Notes under the pieces: model-generated | What the model saw: only the letters and a program-made list of their open reading frames with translations | Database searches by the model: none | What the model was told of the DNA's origin: nothing | Position numbers and translations under genes: made by a program | Part shown: piece after piece, positions 27,426 through 37,765 of the stretch | How positions within the stretch are numbered: position 1 is the stretch's first letter | Layout: each line of letters opens with the position of its first letter | Assembly (NCBI GenBank): GCA_013265495.1 | Contig: MU058000.1 | Span: 558,001 to 622,000, forward strand | From: Vicugna vicugna | Lineage: Eukaryota | Length of the DNA: 64,000 bases | Direction of reading: 5' to 3'

Positions 27426-28044
27426 ATGTGTAATTTTATAATCAGGCTGCGAAAGAGGGACGGCCTTCTTTTTCTCTCCGTGCTTTCTCTGAATCTTGTC
27501 TTCACCTACACTTTTACTCTGTGTTATTTCCCCCTTTATGTCTCATGCAGTCCCCTGTTCTCTTAACAGCACCTTCATCTATCTCTTACTCCTTCTCTCA
27601 GTTTCTACGTATCATCTGCTGGGTGGTTTTCTGCACTCAGACTGGCAGTTGGAAATAAGCTGGGATCTAGCTGTGGAGGCAGAAGCAAACGGGAAAGTTG
27701 AATAGTTGTGCAGAGGCCAGTGTGGGCATAACACCTGCAGAAAACTAGGAGTGGGGGGTGGGGATGCTCTGCTGATACCACGCAACCCTTTCCTGAGCAG
27801 GAAAGGGCCAGGATGGGCAGGAGGCTAAACTGCACCCCGAGGGCCGGGTCTAGATTTTTCCTTCATCTCCAAGCAGGCTGGGACAGGTAGTCCGTCAGGC
27901 ATTTTACCCAGAGCTCAACAGACGAATCTGCTCAGCAGCTGAAGCTAGTTAAAGAATCCCATTTGACGTCAGTCTGTTGGGCTAGAAAAAAAAAAGAAAG
28001 AAAGCTTTCTTCCATAAGCGTGCCTGCACGATAGTGTTCAGATA

Positions 28045-28620
28045 GTCATTTGTTCAATAAGTGTTTATTGAGCGTCTATTATGTGTCTGGCACCATCCTA
28101 ACCACCACAAGGACCAGGACAGACAAGAGCCCTCTTGCATCTTGTTTACATCCTAGTAGAGGAAGTCAGAAAAGAAACATCAAAGGAATAAGAAGATATC
28201 AGATAGTGCTGTGAGGGAAACATACACAAGGGTCAGACAATTTAAGAAGACGAAGGAAGGCTCTTCTCAGGAAAGAACATTTGTGTTTAAAACGGAGTAA
28301 TGAGTAGAGGCAGTCGTGAGTGTTTTAGGCAAAGGGAGCATGGAGTTCTAAAGCTCTGAATAGGAATAATAATAATGGTAACAATAACTAACATACACAT
28401 GGCACCAACAGGTGCTGTTGTAAGAGTTTTAAAATAATAAGCTCATCTAATCCTTTAACAACCCTATAGGAAATAGGTACTCTCACTATCCCATTTTACA
28501 AATGAATGAACCAATGTCCATAGACCTTCCCCAGGTGAAACAGCCGGCAAATGGTAGAATCAGGTCCTAACCTAGGCAGACTGGCTCCAGCAGCCATGCT
28601 TTTTTTTTTTTTTTAATCAC
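28045..28620 (-). mobile_element. L2 3' fragment followed by MIR
   Basis: 'tcatttgttcaataagtgtttattgagcgtctattatgtgtctggcac' (L2) and 'ccattttacaaatgaatgaac..ccaggtgaaacagccggcaaatggtagaatcagg' (MIR). Confidence 0.7.
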
Positions 28621-28834
28621 TGCTATTCTTGAACTGATTGCTGATGAGAGATAAGGGCCAGTGTCCCTGGACCACACTTGGAGAGGGGAGAAACAGGAAA
28701 TGATGCGGGAGAGACAGGTCTGACCAGATCATATAAAATCTTGTAGAATTATGTATATCATACTAAGCGGTAAGAGATGTGGGGACCATTAATAGATTTT
28801 CAGCAAGTGGTGACTTGTATCTGCTGCCTTGCAG

Positions 28835-30248
28835 AATCCTTGAGTCTTTAATGTGTAACGAGAGCACTATTCGGAGCCTGCGTCAGAGGAAGTCTGTGAA
28901 TGCTTTAAATGGCCCCTTCTACCAAGAATATGAAGAGGATCTGGGTGACAGCAGTGCTGGGTACAAGGAAAACTCCAAGTTCCAGGATACCCACAGCAAC
29001 TCTCATTATTACGTCTTCTTTGAAGAACAAGAGGATGAGATCATCGGTTTTGGCCAAGAGCTCAAAAACCCCCAAGAGGAGACCCTGCAGGCCTTTGACA
29101 GCTATTACGACTACACCGTGTGTGGGGACAGCGAAGACATGGTGTGCACTCCCAAGTCGGACGAGTTCAACCCCTGCGAAGACATAATGGGCTACAAGTT
29201 CCTAAGAATCGTAGTGTGGTTTGTTAGTCTGCTGGCTCTCCTGGGCAACGTCTTTGTCCTGGTCATCCTCCTCACCAGCCACTACAAACTGACGGTCCCA
29301 CGCTTTCTCATGTGCAACTTGGCCTTCGCGGACTTCTGCATGGGGATGTATCTGCTCCTCATCGCCTCTGTGGACCTCTACACTCAGTCTGAGTACTATA
29401 ACCACGCCATTGACTGGCAGACAGGCCCTGGGTGCAACACAGCTGGCTTCTTCACCGTCTTTGCCAGCGAGCTGTCGGTGTATACGCTGACGGTCATCAC
29501 CCTGGAGCGCTGGCATGCCATCACCTTCGCCATGCGCCTGGACCGGAAGATCCGCCTCAGGCACGCCTGCGCCATCATGGTTGGGGGCTGGGTTTGCTGC
29601 TTCCTGCTCGCCCTGTTCCCTTTGGTGGGAATAAGCAGCTATGCGAAGGTCAGCATCTGCCTGCCCATGGACACTGAGACTCCGCTTGCCCTGGCCTATA
29701 TTATCCTTGTTTTGTTGCTCAACATAGTTGCCTTTATCATCGTCTGCTGCTGTTACGTGAAGATCTACATCACAGTCCGAAATCCCCAGTACAACCCGGG
29801 AGACAAAGACACCAAAATTGCCAAAAGGATGGCTGTATTGATCTTCACTGACTTCATGTGCATGGCCCCAATCTCATTCTACGCTCTGTCAGCACTTATG
29901 AACAAGCCTCTCATCACTGTGACCAACTCCAAAATCCTGCTGGTTCTCTTCTACCCACTTAACTCCTGTGCCAATCCATTCCTCTATGCCATTTTCACCA
30001 AAGCCTTCCAGAGGGATGTATTTATCCTGCTCAGCAAGTTGGGCATCTGTAAACGCAAGGCTCAGGTGTACCGGGGTCAGAGAGTTTCTCCAAAGAACGT
30101 CACTGGTATTCAGGTACAAAAGGTAACCCAGGACAGGAGGCAAAATCTCCCCAACATGCAGGATGACTATGAACTGCTTGAAAACTCGCATCTAACCCCA
30201 AATAAGCGGGACCAAATCTCAAAAGGGTATGAGCAAACAGCTTTGTAA
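28835..30248 (+). CDS. TSHR: TSHR exon 10 coding part (hinge, 7TM domain, C-tail)
   Basis: ccttgcAG acceptor; 1414 bp to TAA. Contains [10 protein letters not shown], the TSHR-specific hinge insert, YDY motif, [10 protein letters not shown] internal agonist, [21 protein letters not shown] and a C-terminal T-x-L PDZ motif (QTAL). Confidence 0.99.
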
Positions 30249-32400
30249 GCTGACAGCAGTAGGGGACTTAGGCTAGTTTCCTGAACACATACATCCCAAC
30301 CCCTGACACACTCCGCACACAGCTGACCTAACCCTTCTGCAAGTCATGTTCTGTGGGGCAAGAGTTCGTCTCTGAAGAGGGACTAGCATTAATCTAATCA
30401 TCACCTCCAAGAAGGAAGAGGCCGTATCAGCATGTCTGAGCCCAGGTGATATCAAAGTAATCTATACTCTCTAGATTTGCTTGATGCTAAGTGCAGAGAT
30501 GACATCATGTAAAATGCTTAATAAATACCAACTGAGCTCATGTTGGCATTGAGCTTTCTCACTTTTATATAGCATTTCATACTAAAGATTCAGCAAATGG
30601 CAAATGTTATTAACTTGGTTGGTGACCAAAAGATAAAACGGGCCCCACGTTGGCTCAGTCCAAGTTCATGTTCCCTCATGCATCCAAAGAGAGTTTGAGT
30701 TCCTTGCAACTGGAAAGTCAAACATGACATCATGCAAGGAACAGCTATTCTGAGACATGAAGGAAGGGAAAGGCTTAGCTTTGAGTTGTTTTTTTCCAGA
30801 CACTGAAACTTAATCATCTCTTCACAAGAATCTACCTGATGTGATCCAACTGTTATGTGTTGTCCTGGAAAAACTGGCAAGATTTCAGCTGCTGTGGCTG
30901 AGCAAAGGCCGAATTGCTCTTCTTGGCCAGTCTTCTGGTATTAAAGACGTGAACTCTAGAAAGTATTTCTGAATATCGACAAGTGGGAATTATGAGCAGG
31001 GTGCACTAGATCACCTGCTGATTGGTAAAGCAGGCTGGACACCGGTTAACTGTTGGACCTTGGGTGAATTAGTGGGCCTCAGAAGTCTGTAGAAATAAAG
31101 GAGCCTGATGGCCGCTTCCAGTTTTAAAGCTCTAAGGCATATCCCATTCCCTCAAAACATACGTTGTCACCAGAAACTGACACCACACTGTAAACTGACT
31201 ATACTTCAATAAAAATATATATATTACAAAAAAAAAATACACTGTCGTGACAAAGAGAAAGAAAAACAATAAGGATGCAGAATCGGTTTTTCCTGTCTTA
31301 TAGAGCTGCCATCTCCTCTTCGGAGCCTAGACATATGACCCAGGAAATTTTGTTTATTTCATTTTTTGGTTATGATGTCTGAACCAGAAATTCTACTGAG
31401 TGACCATATTGAGTTGGGTCTTAGTCAGTCATCTAATTACTAGATCTACAGAGCTATGATTATCAGGCCAAAAACAGACTGGCATTTATACAATAGAATA
31501 AAAGGTGGTTTTACAAATGCTGGTTATTTGGAATTACTACTTCTCTGTGCAGATTCAAGAAAACATTTAACTTGTCTTCAGGGATTGGTTTCTTTTACTT
31601 AGCCATTTCTGACCCACAGTACAATACTAAAGCAATCTTCTCTCTGAACCTGCCAGCTCTTTCCAGCCTTGTTGACCACTGGACATGAAATCTCTATTCC
31701 CCAACAGTCCTCCCTTACTTAAAACACGATTTTTACCTATAGATCTACTCTCTAGGTTATCTATCAAGGTAGCCCCTTAATTTCATCCCAAGCAGTGACG
31801 GCATTTGCTTCTCAATGCTCAGGAACCACACTATGAATTAAAACCAAACCGTGTATTAAAAGCTTTTGTTGTTTTAAGTCTGTGGAGCAGGGTTAGTAGG
31901 CCCAGTGGGTGATATGGTGACCCCAACTCACCTGGAATCTCTCAATAGCCATACCTATTCCTGGTTATTATTGAGACCTGGATGTCTGAGTAGAAGTGAT
32001 ATATACACCGAAAATCATGACTTATCCACCAGTTCACTTGTAACTAATGAAATTAAACAAATGTGTTACTTTTGACATGTGTTTCTCAGCTGTGCCATTT
32101 TGAAATATCATGTCCTGATAATTAATATGCTTTATCTTGAGTAGCTGAAATAATGCTTTGGAATCAGTCCTAGAAAAGTAACCTCTACAGGATTGTTGCT
32201 AAAACTTGCACTTGCAACATGAAATAAATTTCCTTCCTATGAAATGATTGAAATGATTGTGTTGAGTCCTAAAGTATTGCTTTTTGTAATCTGTGAGCTT
32301 CTCTTAGGGCTACCACCATATGTGTTAAAAGTAAAGATGGGAAAAAACTGGCACGTTGGCTAATAAATCTATATTAATAAATAAATCATTGACTACAAAT
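30249..32400 (+). other. TSHR: TSHR 3'UTR with several candidate poly(A) signals
   Basis: AATAAA at 30520-30525, 31208-31213, 32223-32228 and near 32376, with GT/T-rich sequence downstream of the distal ones. The end is inferred from the recalled ~2 kb human UTR length. Confidence 0.65.
31165..31237 (+). mobile_element. Tiny L1 3'-terminal insertion in the TSHR 3'UTR
   Basis: 'caccagaaactgacaccacactgtaaactgactatacttcaataaaaa' plus A tail. Degenerate TSD aaaacatacgttgtca (31154-31169) / aaaaaatacactgtcg (31232-31247). Confidence 0.75.
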
Positions 32401-33099
32401 CACTTAAGTGTAACATTGTATCTTGGTTGTAAATGGTCTTTATGTGAAAAAAGTTTACTCTCGGCAAAATGAATTATGATTCATTGACAGGCTATGAATC
32501 TAAAAGAAAAAAAAATGATTAGTATTGAGACTAGGAGTTTATATAGTGCTCTAATGAAGATAATAAATCTGAAAGACCTGGTCAGAGTTCAGTTTATCTG
32601 GCAACTATCTAAAGATAGACCCAAATACCAACTGAGCTCATACTAGTGATTTCAACTATCTAAAGATAGACCCAAATCAGTGAGGAATAGTCTCAGGCCA
32701 GTCACAATAGATGTCACAAAATTCATGCCCTAAAGTTCATGCATGTTGTTCAAAGGAGTATCTCTCAAAACACCCTCAAAGTTTGACCCTTGCTCTATTG
32801 CTCCATGGCTAACATACTGCATATCAAAAGCAGCCAATTAGAAAAAGAGAGTCTATTACAGGGTAGCACCAGGAGAGTGGCAATAAAGTAAAAGTGAGGG
32901 CAAGAAGATGAAACTGGGACTCTTAAGAATTAAAGACAGTAACATATTTGAGGATAAATACTCCTAACTGCTTGAACCCTTTGCAGAAATAAAATAGTAG
33001 AATGATTCTCATTCTTTCTGAAAACCTAAAGGGACAAGACAAACTTGGTAGCAATGTTTCAAAAGATATAAAAGTTCCAGCTCAGAGTGGTGGACTGAG

Positions 33100-34740
33100 T
33101 CCTGTCATCTCCAACCTTCCTTTTTCAAATTCCACTCAAATAACAGTGAGAAAATATAAAATGGGATCAGGCCAAAACTATATAGTGAACAGGAGAAATG
33201 GTACAAACTACAGATCCAAGTCTTTGATGACTTTCTGAAAGATGGAGTCTATGGGCTTGAGCTGGTGGATAACTCAGAGTGGAGAAGCAGAAGTCGACCC
33301 AGAACACACTCACAGGATAAAGCTGTAGATGTGGAAGGGTGTGTTCCTCCTTGCAGAGTCCCAAGAGACCTCCCAGCCTGAAGGTCACAAGACTGAGAGG
33401 CTAGTTAGGGTAATTAACTGCAAGCGCTTCTCACTTGACCCTTCTCACTTCATTCAGTTAGAACAACCAACACATTCAGTGTTTGTCCCAAGCTGAAATC
33501 AAGAAACTGATCTTAAAGAAAGTGAATGATTAGTGTAGCTAGGGCTAAGTTCCTGGTCTAGGGCAGGGGGCAGGAAACATGAATCCAGCCCACTTCCCAC
33601 CCTCGCATCATATAGTGAAGTCTGGTCACTGACACAAAGGGATCAACATCAGTGCCCAGGGAAAGGCGCCTTGCGGGGAAAAGAGCCATACCATCTGCCG
33701 ACATGAACCATTCTCATTCTTTATTCAAAAATAGAAGTGAACCACCAGAATCATCAAACATTTGAGAAAGATGAACTGCATATCAATAGCACAAAAAAAA
33801 GACCAAATTGAACAAGCAGAACATTTCTCCAGAAAAGACAGTTTAGAAACAGAGTATTATTTTATAATTTCTAATTATTAATATCAGAGAAATTTCAGAA
33901 AACATTAAGCCCCAAAACAATAGAAAGCTACCATTAAAAAAAAAACAATAAAAAATCAGAAAGAGTTTAGGCAAATTTAAAACGAGATTGCCAAAGCAAG
34001 AGCTCTAATGGAAGGGCTGGCAGTTAAAGGAGAGGAAATCTAGAATATTGAACAAATAATTAAAGATGTGAAATATCTGACAAAAGTTGAAAGATAAAGA
34101 GGATCAAAGTCCAACATATGCCTAATAGGAATTCTAGAGAAAACATAGAAAATGAAGTAACTGGGGCAACAGAAGAAGGAAAAGTTCTTGAGCTGGTAAA
34201 GACTGACAGTCTCTCATTAGGACTAAGCAAGTCTTCGTGAAAAGGACTCATCACGTACAACAGTCCATGTAAACTGTCAAGATATCTAAAGTAAAAGAGA
34301 AATCTAAAATGACTGAGAGCAAATCAAGAAACAAAGAGATAGAAAATCAGGTATTATAAAGAATTAACAATCAGAGTGACTTTAACTTCCAGTTAACAAT
34401 ACTATGTTAGAATACAATGGAGCAACACTTTCAATGCTTTGGGGAAAAAAAATTTTAAATCCAGGCTCCTAGGGTGGGGGTAGGGGTATAGCTCAAATGA
34501 TAGATAGAGTGCATGCTTAGCATGCACAAGGTCCTGAGTTCAATCCCCAGTAGCTCCATCAAAAAAAAAAAAAAGTAATAATAAATAAATAGACCTAATG
34601 ACCTCCCCACCCCCCCCCAAAAAAAAAAAATCCAGGCTCCTATAACCAGCCGAATTTTCACCCACGTGTAAGGACAAAATATTGACATGTTTATATTTCA
34701 AGTATTTGCAAAGTTTACTTATGTTAGACAAATATCCAAA
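33100..34740 (+). mobile_element. Old L1ME/HAL1-like 5' and ORF1 remnant
   Basis: 'gtccaacatatgcctaataggaattctagaga', 'aatcagagtgac...agaatacaatggagcaacactttcaa' resemble L1 ORF1; A-rich + strand. Confidence 0.55.
34472..34627 (+). mobile_element. tRNA-derived SINE (camelid type) with 15-bp TSD
   Basis: A box 'tatagctcaaatg', B box 'gagttcaatccc', tail 'aaataaatagacctaatgacctcccc' plus poly(A). TSD aaatccaggctccta at 34457-34471 and 34628-34642. Confidence 0.92.
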
Positions 34741-35711
34741 ACTTGGAAATAAGCCAAAAAGATAACTTATTTTTTGTGTGTTTTCAGTGCAGTGCCAGGC
34801 TTGACTTCCTATTATCCAGGCTATTTTACAGCTCTGTGAGGACAGAGGTTAACTTGTCCAGAGTATTTTTTTCTGATAGAGATTCAACTAACTTCTGCAT
34901 GGTTTATGGCCTCACTGGACATTAACCAGTTTAGTATCGAACTCAGCAGTTAACCCTATCACTTAGAATTCCTTATAGATGCCTAACTTCTTAAGTGCTT
35001 TTTTGGGCCAGTTTTAATAATTTGCTGATTTCTTCATCAGATTTTAAGTTAAATCTTTATATTTGCAGGAGTCATTTTTTAACTTTATCCGTATCTTCCA
35101 TCTGAATAATTATTTGAAGTGATATTTCAGATATGATGTAATTTCCTTCTCAGTGGATCATAACAGACTGCTGGTTTTACAGTTAATGATTTTGTGTTCA
35201 ATGCTGTAAGCATTTTTAATTAAATTACATGACTCACTTAAACTTACCAATAGAATATAAATATTACAAACCTTGACAAGTCAAAGTAATAGTATTGCTG
35301 ACAAAAGTCAGGGGTGGAAGGGGAAAGAGAGGAAAAGGACATGGCAAAGGAGCTAATTCGCTTTCTTACAGGATAAGAGGAGGGAAGGAAGACTGCCAAC
35401 AGTTAATAAAATAAGAAATAGAAGTTTGTTTTCTAAGGTTATAAAGCCAACCAGTTGAAAAGAATTAAAATTAATACTGGTCATGAAGTTTTAAGGCTAG
35501 GAGATTATGCTAAGTCAATTAATTTCCTAATCTCCCTATGTGCAGACAAGAAGATATATTGTCTAAATATCTATAGCTCAAAAAACAGGTATATATAACA
35601 GAAATACAATAATATATATAACAGAAATATAATAATAACCACTGGAAGAACTAAAATCAGAAAATGGCTAAAAGTGGTTTTCTCAAGAGATTGAGACTAA
35701 GGATTGAGTGC

Positions 35712-36104
35712 TGTTATGAACTGAATTGAATCCCCCTCCAAATTCATAGGTTGAAGCCCTCACCCCCAAAGTGACTATATTGGGAATAAGACCTTTATGG
35801 AGGTAATTAGTGTTAAATGAGGTCACAAGGGTAAGGCCCTAATCCCATTGGGCTGGTGTCCTCACTAGAAGAAGAAGAGACACTGAGGTATTTTGCCTTC
35901 TCATGCACACACAGAGTCACGTGAGGACACAGTGAGGAGGTGGCCATCGGCAAGCCAGGAAGAGAGCCATCCACGCCCAAACTGAATCTGCCAGCACCTC
36001 AGACTTGGACTTCGAGCCTCCAGAACTATGAGAAAATTAATTTCTGTTGTTCAAGCCACCCAGGAGGTGGTATTTTCTTATGGTAGCCCAAGCTGACTAG
36101 TACG
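35712..36104 (+). mobile_element. MLT1A/B-like ERVL-MaLR solo LTR
   Basis: Starts 'tgttatgaactgaattg..ccccctccaaattcataggttgaagccct'; ends 'gcctccagaactatgagaaaattaatttctgttgttcaagccacccag..gtggtatttt..tggtagcccaagctgacta'. Confidence 0.88.
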
Positions 36105-36687
36105 GATGAGAACTTTTCAACTGGTACTCCTCTGTACTGCTAATTTTTTTTATCATGTGCATACTTTTTAAAGACATTAGAATGAAAATTACTATAATTA
36201 ATAATGTTTTAAGATAATTAACGATTAAAGATGTGGCATTTAAAGACAGGTGCAGAATGGCTAATTTTATCAGATAGTTATTATGTCTTTACAGCAGTAA
36301 GCAGTGGGAGGCAGATAACACACTGAAGGTCATGCAAACAGTCATCTACCCATTGTGAAATTTGGATTTTTTTAGGATGTGACAAACCTAAGCCATGAGG
36401 CTTAAACTGCTTACTTTGCAGCAATTTTTGGTAAGCTCAACACTTAGGAAGGTGAAATTCCTTTAGAATGAATTCTACTGGACAGCCTAACCATATTAAA
36501 TCAGAATTTGTTTCCCTTAAATGCATTGCCATAAGTTGCAAAGGGAAAATTAAGCAACTAATTGTTATCTGTAATATGAGTTTATTAAATAAAAAGTAAA
36601 AACTCTAAACAAAGTAGAGACACCAACATTGTACAAACAACTTCAGTTTCATCGCCCACGTAGTATAATTTCAGAATCTGTTTTAGG

Positions 36688-36713
36688 GTGCTCGCTTTGG
36701 CAACACTTGTACT
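36688..36713 (+). pseudogene. RNU6: 3'-truncated (tailless) U6 snRNA retrocopy
   Basis: gtgctcgctttggcaacacttgtact matches U6 nt 1-26 (GTGCTCGCTTCGGCAGCACATATACT) at 22/26. TSD agaatctgttttagg (36673-36687) / agaacctgttttagg (36714-36728). Confidence 0.88.
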
Positions 36714-37746
36714 AGAACCTGTTTTAGGAATTTAAGAATATTTGGGAATATTCTGTTTCATTTATTGAAGTATTTTTGATGGAGGGGGCTTAGAAAGGTG
36801 AGGGACAATTGCTCTTTGACAGTACACAATAAAAAGCTTAATTGTATCTCAGCACGGGGGCCTCAGTCTTACAAAACCACAACATGATTCTTGGTAGCCC
36901 ATTTTGGGGGGATTAGAGTCACAATGCACTACAGAAATAGCTCAGACATTTGGAAACCATGGAATGATGTATTAATAATTCACCTTAATGGGATATAAAC
37001 AAAGGAGTCTAGTCATTAAGAAGCTTAAAATAAAAAACAGTACTACAGATCTGCCCTTAGATGGGGAGTATTTTGACAAAAGCCTATTTATGACTTATTC
37101 CTGTGACTCAGGTTTCTTTCACCACAGGCCCTGCAATTTAAGGACTAACCCCAAAGGGAGTTGCAAAACAGTCCGACAGAGGCTCAGTACTCCAGGAGGC
37201 TTTTCAAGTTTCTCAGCAAGGGCCATATTAAACAGATGAGGTAAAAGTTGGAGAAAAACAAGACTAGTTTCATCCCTGTTTCGTTTCAGCAAATCCCAGG
37301 TTTAAATTTTATCACATTCCACCTCAGTTCCCCGGACACCATGTGGGGAAGACTTCTGGGATGACAGTGGACATATTTAGATATTGTCAAACGAGATACT
37401 GGCGAATGATTTATGGATCCTGGGATTTGTCATTAGTAACAAATTAGAACCATTCTGGTCTACTTGCTCTCGATATTTCTCTGACTTCTCCAAGTGTTCT
37501 TTAAGCACTCGGACAGAAGAGGAGCTAAGGGAAGTATTAATAGCTTCAGCAAATGTTGGAGAAATGAGATACCTCGACCAGCCGATGCCGTGGTCCAAAC
37601 GAAAGAGGAGAGGCCTGACACCATACCTGTTTTCACCATCTGCAGGCCAGCTCGGGAGAAAGGGAAAAAGTGAGCGCACCTCTGGCACTCACAGGTCTTC
37701 CGAGACTTCCAACTTGCTACTTGGTTTCATTTTAATCAGCACACTT

Positions 37747-37765
37747 GAGCCACTAGGGGGAGCAA
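37747..37765 (+). promoter_or_regulatory. Candidate CTCF site downstream of TSHR
   Basis: gagCCACTAGGGGGAGCaa closely matches the CTCF core, in non-repetitive sequence. Confidence 0.55.

Noticed and set aside
28779..28834. N-terminal extension [19 protein letters not shown] of the 489-aa ORF
   Set aside because: Intronic sequence upstream of the exon 10 acceptor, starting at GTG; an ORF-caller artefact.
28909..30191. Overlapping and antisense ORFs within exon 10
   Set aside because: Expected by-products of GC-rich codon usage in the real CDS.
32602..32677. Repeat-spacer-repeat resembling a minimal CRISPR array
   Set aside because: Mammalian DNA, only two repeats and no cas genes; better explained as a templated insertion.
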